A DNA stretch of 64,000 nt from Octopus bimaculoides (taxonomy: Eukaryota), in the NCBI RefSeq assembly GCF_001194135.2, contig NC_068991.1:28439205-28503204 (forward strand). Direction: 5' to 3'. Made by a program: the position numbers and the translations under genes. The notes below the pieces were generated by a model that did no database searches, was not told the origin of the DNA, and worked only from the letters and a program-made list of their open reading frames with translations. Shown here piece after piece: positions 50,526-63,963 of this stretch (position 1 is the stretch's first letter; the number at the start of each line of letters is the position of its first letter).

Positions 50526-53500
50526 TAGGGAAACAGCAGTTAACAGGGGAAGTAATCAAAAAGAATGCTGGAAAATTTGAAAGCAATAAAGAAGATAAAG
50601 CACTACTGATCACAAGAAAAGAAGACACCAAGAAAATGTTGAACAGGACTGCTGCTAAATTTGAGAAGCAAAAAGTTTCAAGTTCAAGAGAAGAGAAGGA
50701 AAAAATAATGATAAAGAGGAGGAGGTCAACTAACAGACAAAAAAAAAAAACAAAAAAAAAAAAAAAGCATTCATTAATGCTTGTAATCAAAGTAGTTCCC
50801 AGAATGAAGATACTTCATTCTGCATTTGCAGATCAAGTGAAAAAGTTGGTGGTCCAGTGGCTCAAAATGTCTAACTGCAGGCTTATGGAGTATTTGGTTG
50901 TTACACTAGATGTCAAGAAGGTGTTCACAGAAGTTATCCCCAATATGACAGTCAGTTTGACCCATGTATAGAGAGATTTGCAGAGTTTGCAGGTGATAGT
51001 AAATAAGATTGGTAAGGGATACAGTCAAAGTGACTTGCCATTGGGTTTGGGGGTCTAGTTATGAATAAACTATTGTTGGAGATAAAGAAGCAAGAGTAAT
51101 ATATACTGTAAGAGTATTTGAAGAGGACAGTGCAATGCAATAGGGAGTTTTTGACCAAGAGGTTTTGCTAGATTTCAAAAGAGGGCATAACTGGGAAAAA
51201 TAGGAGCGATTTGAAAGTCAGAAGAAAGGAAGTGAAAATTGCAGGTGGTGGAGGTATATACCCTGTTGAAGCAGCAGAATAACAAGTGAAAGTTGTTATT
51301 GGTGGGGTGTGCATATCAGACAATTGGAAAATTATGAGAAGATATCAGTTTTAGAGAAAAGTGGAACAGTTAAGTTAGGAATAAGTCAATGGCTTTATAA
51401 CTCACAATGGTAGGAATGTGGCAGTGACAGATAAGTTGGTGAACAGTGATGGCAGAAATGTCAGAGGTGGTAAGAGTAAATTCCAGAACAAGCCGGGGAA
51501 GGTGTTGACACAGACTAAAGTTCCTAGTTAGACAGACAGACCAACAATAGTTCAATTATATACAATGACAATTGAGTTGAAGTATGTAAGGTCATATAGT
51601 TTGCTACACTGCAGGAAAAGGAAGTTAGAAAATAGCCTAAATTGTTATGTAATGTTTTACTGATGAGGTCTAACAAGACTAAAACACATCTAAAATTGTC
51701 CCTGAAAACTTACTCCTGTTACATTCTAATTTAAATTAAATTCCAGGGCTGTTCCCACTATCTTTTTTGACAGGAAATAATCATTCATGTTCTTTATCTT
51801 CTGATGCACAAAAGAGAAATAGCCCAGTTTTTATCCTTCTCTATGTCATGTGATTTTAGCATTTCTTCTTTTTCTTATTATTTTTACAAACCTTCTAAAC
51901 TCATTGCCACTTCTACAACAGAAGTCAGAATACATGGATTCTGATGGTCCTTCTGTATTCACCTAAGACGAAGACAGCGCACAGACAGCACAAGTTACAA
52001 CAGCTACAAGCTGTTGTATATATCAGACAAAAAAGTAAGCAACTGAACAGTTGAGTGACAGTAAAGACAATCTTAGTGACAGCAAAGACAATCACTGAAA
52101 GAAAAATTATTTGGGAATGGAGAAAATAGGACGAAGTATGAAAGAACATAAGAATGAAAAAATAGACTTTATCCTAAATCAGTAAACTACCAAAAATGGT
52201 AGGAACATATAATTATGGACACACAATCAATGAACTATGGGGTGTAGAGATTTCAAAGGTGACAATGTGTGAAGTAAGAGGACTGATTAGGAGGAAAAGG
52301 GGGTAATATACAAGCAGATGAACTTACTGGAACTTGGTACAACTATATCACGAAAAAGTATAAAGACCAGGAGACAATTGAAGAGTAGGAGTAAAACTGG
52401 AGTTTTATAAATACATGATTCATACCAGGAAGGAAACAAAAATTGAATGAGGGCAAATAAGCAACATAGATAAAGTGTAGTTAACATCTGATGTGTCATC
52501 AAATGGAAGTCTTGAAAACTAAAGGGGCAAAGGCAGAGGCTAGAAAAACAGGTGAGCACGAACACCCCACCCCTATTATACTGTCATTTTGGCCTGTTGT
52601 GCAGACAACACCAAACTCACTCTTTTACTAAACTCTAAACAAAAACAATGCCTAAATTTATTATCTCAGTTGATGTTTTTTTCATATTTATCACAAAAAG
52701 TGGATGGACAAAGGTAGTAGGAAACTTAGGTTGGCGAAAAAGCATGATTTCAGCATCATTTTGACCTGTTGATGAAGCCATCATCATCTTAAAGTCCACT
52801 TTTCTATGCTTGCATGGGTCAGACCAAATTTCTTGAGGTAGTTTTTCTACAACCAAATGTCCTTCCTGTTGCCAACCCTTACTTTTTTCCAAGGTAATAT
52901 CTCCCCATGACTGGACACATTTTGGTGCAAAATTTGAAATAAAAAAACACCACTTGTAAGATGATGACACTCGTTTACAATTATCAAGGGATGTCAAGAC
53001 AAAGAGATACTACATACACATACATAAATATATATATGACAAGCTTCTTTCAGTTTCTGTCAATGAAATCTACTCACAAGTCTTTTAGCTGCCTAAGGCA
53101 ACAGTAGAAGACATTTGTCCAAGGTGCCATGCAATGGGATTGAACCTAAAGCAAACTCCTTAACCACACAGCCATGCATGTACCTATTCACTAATATGGG
53201 AGACCATAAAATAGGACCAAGAAAGGAAAAACTACAGCAATTAAAAACTAAATAAGAAAGAGGCAGGTGATAAACAGAAAGGCACTTCCAAAATGAGAAG
53301 AAAGGGTGTACCAGTATATAGTTGTTCATCCTGATAGAAATAGCACACAAATTCCCTCAAATCATACTACTACTGTTTTAACAATGGAAGTCCTAGGTAT
53401 ACACAAAGATGGAGTAGTCAAGGTTAGAACACTTTTGATCTCTAGCAAAGACACTGAGTTACTAATTCAACAACCTCTTCAGAAAATATGTATTAACCAT

Positions 53501-54402
53501 CACAATCTACATAGGGCAAGTGTTGTTCAGCCACAGATCAGCTCTCATCAGTATTTCAGACATGATCAAAGCATTCCAGACATGACTATCCTATCTTATT
53601 TTTAAACAACATTTTTATGATCCTATTATCCAATGGCTTAGTGTTATTTGAGGGTCAGTTGACTGTTATTTCTAACAAATCAAGCAACCAAGTACAGGTT
53701 TCCTCATTGTTTAGACTCCCTTCTTGTAAGTGTGATCTAAGGGAAGATCCAGCTACTGTTTCTGGGGGCTTTTTTTGTAGGTCACATCAAACAACCACCC
53801 AAAGGCTTCCTTTACTGGATTTTGTTTTTATTTCTTGTAGACCAAGTATCAATATAGAGGCAGGTATCCTTGTGGCTCATCAGAACATGTGCATAGCACT
53901 GACATTTGAGGAAGAGAAAATGACAGCAACAAATAAGATCCTGTGCTTCCAGAAGTTGGGAAACAGTTAAGTAATTTATCCACTGGAGTAAATGGAAATA
54001 TGGTGTTAAGGTGGAATTTGTGATGGCTAAGAGGAATTGGCAGTTAACCATGATGAGTGGAAGACTGCAAGTCACATGTACCCTGAAGTATTTGGAGAAT
54101 GGTATGTAAAATATGTACCCATCATTCCATTTGCAAACAGCACAAAGATAACAACACATAATCACCAAGGTTAACATAACTTTCTTGTAAATATAGACAC
54201 CCATTCTGATTTTTTAGGTTTTTTTTTTTTTTTTTTTGCCAAAATACAATTTTAAGAGGTTATAACTGATTCAACAATTTCTTACATCAGCAGATTATCA
54301 CAAATTTTTAAGTAGATGAACTTTAATTCAGTAATTCAGTAATGCAAGTCAATACTTCTGAATATTCCTCGTTACTTCTTGATACACCTCAATACTTATT
54401 AA

Positions 54403-54567
54403 CCCTTTAGTATTCAGATTACTGTCAAATGTAATGCTCTTTGAGATTCTGATGATCTGGTTGCTTATTTTTATACTGACATTGTAGCATAAGTGTGAGA
54501 GGTTGAACTTGGCTTGTTTGAACATAAAACAAGTAGGATGTTTTAGATGGACATGGCCAGTTTAAAC
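54403..54567 (-). mobile_element. piggyBac-type MITE, truncated copy of the 3118-3333 family
   Basis: TTAA|CCCTTTAGTATTCAGATTACTGTCAAATG is the reverse complement of the 3' end of the 3118-3333 copy. It ends GGCCAGTTTAAAC without the second TIR. Confidence 0.6.
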
Positions 54568-55216
54568 TCCTCACTGCTTCTTGATACTCCTTGTTACTTA
54601 TTTAACATTCCTTGTTACTTCTTGATACTCTTCACTACTTGTTAATACTCCTCAGTTATTTTTTATACTTCTCTCTCTTATTCAATACTCCTCATTACTT
54701 CACTCACAAAGATACTGAGCAGCCAGAAGCTATAGGAGAAAAACCTATAGCAGCTAAATCTCCCTCAAATCAATCTACTATAATAAATAAAAAACAAAGA
54801 CACGTTACACAAGGAATGATCATAGTTGGAAGACTTTTCATTGCAGGTCTGCTTGATCAAAGCTGACCTGGGGTTACACAAGACCAACCCTTAGCTATGA
54901 AGGTCACCTGACCTAGGGCTAGACAAGAACTTACCCCATCCCTCGCCATTATATATATTTATATAGGAGATACCATTATTAATGTTCACACTATAGAACT
55001 GGTTTGTTAATTAATTACCTCACATATATCTCTACTGCTGCTGCTGCTGTTATCATATAATTAATCAGTAAATTGCAAATCATCAATACCAGAAATAGAT
55101 CACATAAATAACAAATATTAAGTAGTAAAACAATAACAACTACAAGTAAAACTAATAATCTTGATGATGTGTTTAGCAGGTACATTTTTAGTACATTTTA
55201 AACTTTGGTTGTTCTC

Positions 55217-55218
<2 letters not shown>

Positions 55219-55311
<93 letters not shown>
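55219..55311 (+). repeat. (AC)n microsatellite
   Basis: Pure tract of about 46 units. Many other (AC)n, (TA)n, (AG)n, (AAT)n and (AGAT)n tracts occur, e.g. 6884-6920, 9555-9590, 10325-10540, 34735-34855, 41308-41352 and 57570-57606. Confidence 0.97.
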
Positions 55312-55313
<2 letters not shown>

Positions 55314-56204
55314 TGCTCAACTAACACTGCTCTTTCTCCTCCTCTCTATCTCATTGTTTCACTCTCTACCAATTTGTAGGTGGTGGTAGTGTAGCTGTAG
55401 TACTCCAGCTGAAGCAGCAGTAAACAACCATGATAATATTATTGCCAAATAATAGATAAAACAGATAATTAAGATGATGATACAACAACAACAACCATAA
55501 TGCAAGACTATTAAACATCAATGTGTACGAGTTTTTTTTTTCTTTGCTTACTAGGGCTAAAGAGATAACTCTGTCTTCAGTTTTAATGGCTTGTTGAAGT
55601 TGTTTAGCCTCGAGTCAGCTCTGACTGAGCAGATTTATAATCAAAGCCATTCCAGCCATGACCATTGTCTTTTTCTTATTTGCAGAGAACCCAGGACCAC
55701 ATTATTGAATGTGTTCTTTTCTAAGATGGCATGGTGTGATTTGAGGAAGATTTAGCTGCTATTTCTAGCAGGTTTAGCAACCACATAGAAGCTGGATATG
55801 GTTGCCTTTTTGGGTCAATTTATGGACTATATAGTGAAGCATGAGATCACAAGTTCAATCTTTGCTCAAGTATTGATTATTTCCTTGAACTCTGCCAGTT
55901 TAGCTAAATCCTTCACTGGGAATTCATAATATCCAAATATATAGTGCTTGATAAAAGATTTTTGTTGTGCAGCCCCAGGGCAATATCAAATAATTAGGCC
56001 TTCAATAGACACTGTCCGGCCATGAAAATCATGTAGAAACTACATTATTTACATGAAATTAATATTGTACTGAATGATATGTGCAAAAAAATTCTGAATC
56101 AATTATAATTTCTTTTAGCTTTCTTCATCAGAAAAAAACAAAAATCTAACAGCTTCCATCAGTGACATAGAAAGGGGAGATAATTACAAGAACTCAACTT
56201 TTTT

Positions 56205-56584
56205 TTAATTGTTTCAGTCATTTGACTACAGTCATGCTGGGGCACAGCCTTCAAGAATTTTTAGTTGAATGAATCGACCCCAGGACTTATTTTTTTAAGC
56301 CTGGTACTTCTATTGGTCTCTTCTGCCAAACTACTGATTTATGAGGATGTAAACACACCAACACCAGTTGTCAAGCAGTGGTGCAGGACAAACATAGACA
56401 CAAAGACACACACACACATATGATGGGCTTCTTTCAGTTTCCATCTACTAAATCCACTCACAAGGCTTTGGTTGGCCAAAGGCTATACTAGAAAACACTT
56501 GCCCAAGATGCCACACAGTGGGACTGAACCTGGAATCATGTGGTTGGGAAGCAAGCTTCCTACCACACAGCCACACCTGTGCCT
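56205..56584 (-). mobile_element. SINE-B, full-length minus-strand copy
   Basis: Reverse complement of the 58318-58688 consensus over its whole length. Confidence 0.85.
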
Positions 56585-57568
56585 ATGAGAATTTTTTTAA
56601 AAAAAGATTCAGTTCTTATGCTTAAGGTAAAATATGATCTTTGTTAGTGATAATGACAGCAACAGACATGTCTTAGTATTACTAACATGAACACAATAAG
56701 TAGACAAATTTTCACACATAAAGATAAGGTTATGAAGATTTTTAACTAGTAGTAATTAAAATTTTAATTAATTAATTTTATTCTCTATTAAGCACCATTT
56801 ACTACATGATCTCAAGTATTTTCATACTTAACAAGGTGAAAGTCATCTCATAAGGATTTGACTATGTTTAGTTGGCCCACAGACCATGTAGGAGCTCTTT
56901 TGATGACTCGGGTAACTTATTTATGTCAGGGTTTCCTTTTTTTTTTTCTTCAGTGTGCATCTGCAAATACAGTAATCATCACAGACTGTTATTTATCACT
57001 GACCAGGTCAGACCTTAAATATTTGAACAAGAGGTCACTCAATGTAGTGATGAGTTTGCAGCCAGGTGTTAGAAGTAGTTACCATAAGGTGCAAACATGG
57101 TAATTATCATATATATGTGTAGATATGGCTGTGTGGTTACAAAGATTCCTTCCTAACCAAACAATTTTGGGTTCAGTCTCATTGCATGGTACCTTGGGCA
57201 AGTGTCTTCTAATATAGCTTGTGAGTGAATATGGTAAATAGAAACAGTAAAAACTCATCATATATATATATATATATCATTGTTATTACATTAAACTGTC
57301 ATATGTCCAAATTTAGCCAAATACGTTTTTTTCAATATTTATTTTTGCTTGCAATAGCCAGTTCTTTTGGTCAGACTGTATCTTCAGCTGCTTCAGATGC
57401 CAAGATGTCAAAAATTGTCAAAGTATTGTACAATGGTTTTGCTATGGAATGGTGAAAACATTTTTCCGGTTTCTGAAAAAGCAACATTTGGGGCCTACAA
57501 CACTTTTGCATAATAGCAATGATGTGTGTGTGTGTGTGTGTGTGTGCGTGCGCGCATGTGTGTGCGTG

Positions 57569-57606
<38 letters not shown>

Positions 57607-58099
57607 TAAGTGTGTTGGAATCTGATTATGTTTGTGCCTCTTTGTCTTGACATCACTTGATAGTTGTAAATAAGTGTCACTGCCAAACAAGCAGTGTCAC
57701 TCATTTCCAATATTCTACAAAAACATGCCTGGCCACAGAGAAATATTACCTTGCTTGGTAACTGGTGAATGTTGGTGACAGGAAGGAAAATCTACCTCAA
57801 TAAACTCCATTTGATCCATGCAAGACGGAAAAGTAGATGTTAAGACGAAGATAATGATATATGAACACATAATTGCACATTAATAAATACTGTACCATCA
57901 ATGCATGGTTTTGAATAAACTGTGGTTTATCCAGAGTCTATTTTCACCACAAAGTTTCACTGCAACTCATGTTGCAGAGGAAATTTATCAGTGACCAACT
58001 TGCAACAAAAATTTTGACATCACATGAAATAAATTTGAAGTGATATACATTTCTTTATTGCCCACAGGAGGCTAAACATAGAAGGGGACAAACAAGGAC

Positions 58100-58280
58100 A
58101 GACAAAGGGATTAAGTTGATTACATCAACTCCACTGCATAACTGGTACTTATTTAATCGACCCCAAGTGGATGAAAGGCAAAGTCAACCATGGCGGAATT
58201 TGAACTCAGAATGTAACGGCAGACGAAATACCACTAAGCATTTCACCTGGCATGCTAATGATTCACCTGGCATGCTAATG
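58100..58280 (-). mobile_element. SINE-A copy with a 20-bp internal tandem duplication
   Basis: CACCTGGCATGCTAATGATT occurs twice in tandem at about 58243-58283. Confidence 0.75.
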
Positions 58281-58317
58281 ATTCTGCCAGCTCACCACCA
58301 TTCTTTTGAAGTGATAC

Positions 58318-58688
58318 AGGCACAGTTGTAGCTGTGCGGTAAGAAGCTTGCTTCCCAACCACATGGTTCTGGGTTCAGTCCCACTGCATGGCACCTTGAG
58401 CAAGTGTCTCCTACTATAGTCTGGAGTCAACCAAAGCCTTGTGAATGGCTTTAGTAGATGAAATCTGAATGAAGCCTGTTGTGTGTGTGTCTTTGTGTCC
58501 ATGTTTGTCCCCCACTACCACTTGACAACCAGTGTCAGTGTGTTTACATCCCTGTAACTTAGCGGTTTAGCAAAATAGATCGATAGGTTAAAAAGAAAGT
58601 AACTGCTGGGGTCAATTCATTCGACTAAAAATTCTTCAAGACAGTGCCCCAGCATGGCCACAGTCTAATGAATGAAGCAAGTAAAAGT
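58318..58688 (+). mobile_element. SINE-B, full-length (tRNA-derived, CORE-like domain, internal dinucleotide tract)
   Basis: GCTGTGCGGTAAGAAGC..GGGTTCAGTCCC (A/B boxes), CACCTTGAGCAAGTGTCT (CORE-like), an internal (GT)n and a CAGCATGGCCACAGTC..GTAAAAG end. Other copies (approximate): 16825(+, partial), 28270-28445(-), 41392-41715(+), 41810-41870(-), 44435-44640(-), 48757-48900(-), 53035-53185(-), 57122-57225(+). Confidence 0.85.
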
Positions 58689-58832
58689 GAGAAAAAAAGA
58701 TGATTGTGACATTATGATTAATGTAATTGAAAGAATGGCTGTTCTGTGATGAAATTACTAAACATGACAAGTAAGAAAACTGAAAGGAATTTATTCTTTT
58801 AAACCATTTCTCATTCTTTTGAAACTATATCG

Positions 58833-59050
58833 TTAACCCTTTCATTACAATATTTCTGTTCGAATAAACCAGCCTTTGTTTCAATCAATTGTGAAAATAA
58901 TGATGAATTTCGTAAAATAACTTCATTCTTATTGAGCTGTTGTTTAGGATATAACATGAATTTTGATGGAAAATTTTAATTTAGATCACTTTGAACAGGA
59001 AGTGTGTATCAGGGGCTGTCTGAGGTAGGTTGGTTATCAAAAGACTTGAA
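58833..59050 (+). mobile_element. TTAA/CCCTTT-ended MITE-like repeat, third family
   Basis: TTAA|CCCTTTCATTAC start. The internal TTTTGATGGAA(A/G)..TTTTAATTTAGATC block is shared with partial copies at about 4600-4790 and 16600-16700. Confidence 0.55.
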
Positions 59051-60467
59051 GAGCAAAATAAATAACCATTTATAGACTTGAACAAGTTCACTGTAATACT
59101 TCATTGTTTCAATTCACTTTACCATCATCTCCCTTTTCATATATTTTTTATTAAATTATTAATAGTATCCTCTCTGTCTCTATATAAATAAATATATATA
59201 TATATATATAGTTTTAGGGAAAACTATATATATATAAGGCTCAATCTAATTTTAATTTTTATAAATTGATTTTAATTGAGTTTTTTACCTGTAATTTTGG
59301 ATTTTGTCCCTAATATTATTATATATATATATATATAAATCTTGTCCAACCTTTCTGCATGCCATACTTTAACCACAAGCCTCAGCATCTACCTCTAATA
59401 TATTGAACAGGTTTCTTTTAGAAAACAAATGCTGTGCCAACTCCTGACATCACAGTGAATGGAAAAAAAATAAAAATCAGCACAAGAAGAGCAAAGAGAT
59501 TCAACATAATTTGGCAACTGCAAAACTGTGAGCAGGTTGAAATCTCTAGACTATTGAGCAAGAAATCACCTTGAAGAATTGATTCCTTTCCATAGAAGAA
59601 AGAAGTTATAGATGTAATGATGTTGAAAGATATAATGTTCATAGTTTCCAAAAGATAGCAGGAATATCAGAGAAGTAGTTAGATATGAAACAGCATTTCA
59701 AACCCACAAACTCAGTTTGCCAAGCACTTACAGTCTTGATGTCTATGTAGATATATCCACTTGTAAGGAGTAATGTAATATTATGAGATGCAACTACAAT
59801 GAGGTTTCTTTATTGACTAAGCACTGATATAATATAGTTCTTGATTGTAGAACTATTTCCAGTGATCTGCTGTGGCTGACACAACTTTTTACATCCACCA
59901 TGTTTCATCATCCATTCAAATTACATGAGCCAAAAGAACAGCCCATAGCCTTCAGTTGAATGCTACTGTTGGTCGGAAACTTTGGTCCCTTAAATGAAAA
60001 CAGCACTGTCATGCCAGTTATCAGGAATATAAACAAAAGTCTGAAGTTATAAACTGACTCATGATGACAGGAAGAACAGAGCTTAGACTGTACATAATGA
60101 TACATAGAGAGACAGACAGACAGAGACTGAGACGCCCAGACCGACAGACACAGAAATATAGATAGATAGAGAGAGAGATTAAGACAAGAAGAGAGGGAGA
60201 ATAGGAAAGGCTGGGAGGGAGTGAAAGAAACTTTGTTTAAATTACACAGACAGTCATGTGCTTCTAGTAGTTTAGGTTACATAATTTGAAGAATGCTAGG
60301 CAGAGAGAGCGGAGGTCAGGAGGGTTAAAGAAAGAAATTATTTTCAGGTCCTCTAGAAACAAAATAAGCCAAGGTTCTAAACAAGATCTAACAACCATTA
60401 GGTAATATACACAACAATCAAAGATTACTAATATACAAACACATACCTATTTAGCTATGAATAGTGT

Positions 60468-60806
60468 AGGTGCATGGCTCAGTGGCTGGAGTGTCAGGCT
60501 TACAATCATGAGGTTACGAGTTCAATTCCCAGTCTGGGCTATGTGTTGTGTTCTTGAGCAAGACACTTTATTTCACATTCCTCCAGTTCACTCAGCTGTA
60601 GAGTTGTGACATAATTGGTGCCAAGTTGTATTGACCTTTGCCTTTCCTTTGGACAACATCGGGGGAGTGGAGAGGGGAGACTGGTATGTATGGGCAAGTG
60701 CTGGTTTTCCACAAATAATCTTGCCCAGACTTATGCCTTGGAGAAGAACTTTCTCACTGCAATTCAATGGTCATTTGTGACCAAAGGGGTCCTTACCCTT
60801 ACCCTT
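60468..60806 (+). mobile_element. SINE-D, full-length (tRNA-derived, CORE-like)
   Basis: A-box TGGCTCAGTGG, B-box GAGTTCAATTCCC, then GTGTTCTTGAGCAAGACACTT. A reverse copy lies at 15046-15382. Confidence 0.85.
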
Positions 60807-60819
60807 TTTAATAGCGAGA

Positions 60820-63010
60820 CCTGCAAACAACAGCAGCCAATTTTGCTTCAAATCACAACTTAGCATCTTTAAAAATAAGGGAAGGAGACATTGGATAACA
60901 TAGTCCTAGATACATAATGTCTGAAAAACAAAATAAATAAAGTAACATAGCTATAAGTGAAATGCTTTTGATTTTAAGTTCTGTTCATTCAGGGCTGACA
61001 GCAATAGACAACAGACTTCCATGTGGTTGCTTACCTTGCAAGAAATAGCAGGTTAAAACCTCCCTCAAATTACACCCTATTACCTTAAAACAAAGGGTAC
61101 ATTGGATAAGCTAGTTCTATATAACCTTTAAAAGTTGGGGTGGTTATAGTTGGATGACCTTTGATCAAAGTTCTACTCAATCAATATTGAATTTGGACAA
61201 AACAAGAGATAAATGTAGGCCTCTATGTGGCTGTTTGATTGCTAGAAAATAGAAATTCAAATCCCAAACTATCATCTTAAAACAAAGAAGGTCACATTTG
61301 AGAAAGCAGATACATACATAACTGTAAAAATGTTGAATTGGTCATGGCTGGTTTACTATTTTGTCAAGAGTGACCTGAGGCTAAACAACAAGGTAGAACA
61401 TAACAAGCTGCAGATATACAGGCATAGTTATTTACAGTTATTGTTTAACCTCACACCAGCCTAATCAAGCAGACCTATGATAAAAGGCATCCCAGCTATG
61501 ACCACCCTGTCCTTTTTCAGGCAATGTGTATGCAACAACATTATCCAATGTGTCTGTTACTGTTTTCTGTTTTCTAAGATGCTAGGGTATAACGTGGAGG
61601 ATACTTGGCTGTTATTGCTAGCAGATCAAGTGGTCATGTACAGGCTACCCCAGTAGGTTGTTATTTCAAAAGTAGGCTGCATGAGTAAAGCATGGCAGAT
61701 CAGAGACAAAAGGAAATAAGTTATATAATGCCAGGTAGCCATGTATGTCCTCTATAGCAGAACACTTGTTCCTGTTCCATTATCATACTTTAGTCTCTCA
61801 ACACCTAGCATAAAGCCAACTCCCACTCCTCTAGTACAACCCCACTGAGTTGATTGTCTTGCAAATCACTTGCAACCTCACAAGTGTTGATGTCATGAAC
61901 AAAGCACCCAGTACACTCTGTCAAGTGGCTGATGTTAAGAAAGGCATCCAGCCTTAGAAACCATGCTAAAGCAGACACTGGAACTTGATGCAGTCCTCCA
62001 GCTGTCAAGCCATCCAGTCCATGCCAGCATGGAAGACAGAATTAAATGATGATGATTTTTTAATAGGTTTCGACTGGTTGCTGGCTGCAGACTGCTATTT
62101 CTAGAGCTGATTGGTATTTATAGCATTAGAGGTCAACAGTTGTACATAGAAGACAACAGAATCTGTTGAGATTTTTGACAACTTTTATTCTTTTCATACA
62201 CAAGCAAGACAAATAGTGTTGTTATTACAAATAACACATGTTGAGAGAGTTTGGATGTTGTTGTTCTTGGTGTAATAGTAATAGTATTCAAAAGTTGTTG
62301 TGTTGCTGTCGATAATTCATTATGTTGATTTCGGCTCGGTTCAGCTGCTGCTCGTGTCGCTTCACCATCCATTTGCAGTGTCATCTCATGCCTTCTCTGC
62401 TACATCCCAAAGCTCTTTGTCTGGTAGTTGCACATGTGTCAGTTTTACACTGATTGAGGGGCTCAGAAAGGAGCACACCAAAAGCTGAATTTATTGCTGG
62501 AACCTATTCCATGTGATGTCATGATTGCTCAGCTTTTGTTGCTTATGTGGGTAACATTCCAGTGAACCACGACATCAAGTGGTTGTTGAATATTCCTACT
62601 ACACTGATGCTACAGGTGATTCTGTTGATACTGTAGTTGTTTAACTCTCAAGTAAACTCTGATTGAACAGACTTATGATCAAAGGTGTTCCAGTCATGGT
62701 CCTCTAGCTTTTTTATTTTCCTGAGAGTGCTTACAGGACTGTATTCTCCAAATGTGCCCCTTTAAGGTGAGTGAAATTTGAGAGCTATTTCAAGGAGGTA
62801 AAGCAGCTGTGCAGGGGCTCCCTGTTGGCTCATATTAACAGTGTTTCACCTCAGGTCAGGCCTGATCAAGCTGGATTATAATCAAAGATGTCTTAATCAT
62901 GACTATTCTAGATTTTCTTTTCTATATCAGTGACTATATTGTCCCAAATATCATTTACTTAAGGCAACAGGATACAGTTTGAAGGAGACTTGGCTACTAT
63001 ATCTAGTAGA
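60820..63010. repeat. Cluster of family-C interspersed repeats ((CAA)-tailed, retroposon-like) in both orientations
   Basis: Shared AGAAATAGCAGCCAAAT.TCCCTCAAATCACACC..GGACACATTGGATAA..GTCCTAG..GACCTG.GGCTAAACAAC units. Other copies (approximate): 16255, 46895, 53335, 53520(-), 54740, 55590(-). Confidence 0.65.
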
Positions 63011-63963
63011 TGAAGTCTCCTTTATTGGCAAGTATTGAGAAAGTGACAATACTCATATGGAGTCAAGAAATAATGAAGAAAATGAATTGCAACCTGAAAG
63101 TATCATTAGAGCATATAGCAGCCAAATGCCCCTCAAATCATATCTACTGGTATTTAGAGTATTTAATATACTCTTGGAATCAAAGTTTCAACAAAAATGA
63201 AAGTGGAGGAGGGGGAGAAAGAGAGTGAGTGAGAGAGAGAGGATCAACTTTTATCATGGGTTTGGTCAATCAGAATTGATTTGGAAGATGAATCAAAAGT
63301 CATTTAGAGCTGGGGTGAGAGTCTAAACAACATCACTAAATTTTATAGTAATACTAAACTGTTATAGAATTGATAATATGATGAAAGATGGTGACACCAG
63401 TGGACAGTAGCCATGGAAAATGTTGAACCAATGAATAAAACATGAGATATACAAAAAAAAAATAAAGTATCAAGATTCATAAAATGGTGATATATTGCAG
63501 ATCCAGCTAACCCACACAAACATAAATAACGTTGATAAATGACCATAAGCAGGATGATCATCATCAAATTGATGACATGTCTAACTCCTAAATCCTTTTT
63601 CCTATATATATATATATATACTCTTTCTGCTGTTCAGAAAACAAAGATGATTATTAGTGGTGAGAGAAAATCTGATGACTTGATTCAACATTATTATAGA
63701 CCACATAATTTCATATACATGAGTGCATGAGTATGTGTAAGTTTGCTTGTGTATGTGTGTGTGTATGTAAGTAAACAGTTGTGTATGTGTTTCTATGTCT
63801 TAATACTGTGTGTATGTGTAAATGTGCAAAATAGGTAAAATGAATCTGTAACAGGATTTTAATCAAACTAACTGACATGTCTGCTGATGAGAATGACAGG
63901 TGACTTGACCATGAACCACACATACACATTATACAGATGATTGATATATACATATATACACAA

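Noticed and set aside
50525-52560. Purine-rich ORFs (e.g. 50636-50971)
   Set aside because: They are low-complexity with poly(A) runs. At most this is decayed LINE sequence (one LDVKKVF-like word), too weak to call.
59200-59236. Perfect palindrome TATATAGTTTT-AGGG-AAAACTATATA
   Set aside because: It is short and mostly self-complementary (TA)n, which is expected by chance in this composition.
59420-59570. KTNAVPT resembling a THAP-domain end
   Set aside because: It is a single short motif without the upstream Cys/His/Trp THAP residues.
60468-60545. Possible tRNA gene (A and B boxes)
   Set aside because: It continues into a SINE body shared with 15046-15382, and no convincing cloverleaf is visible.
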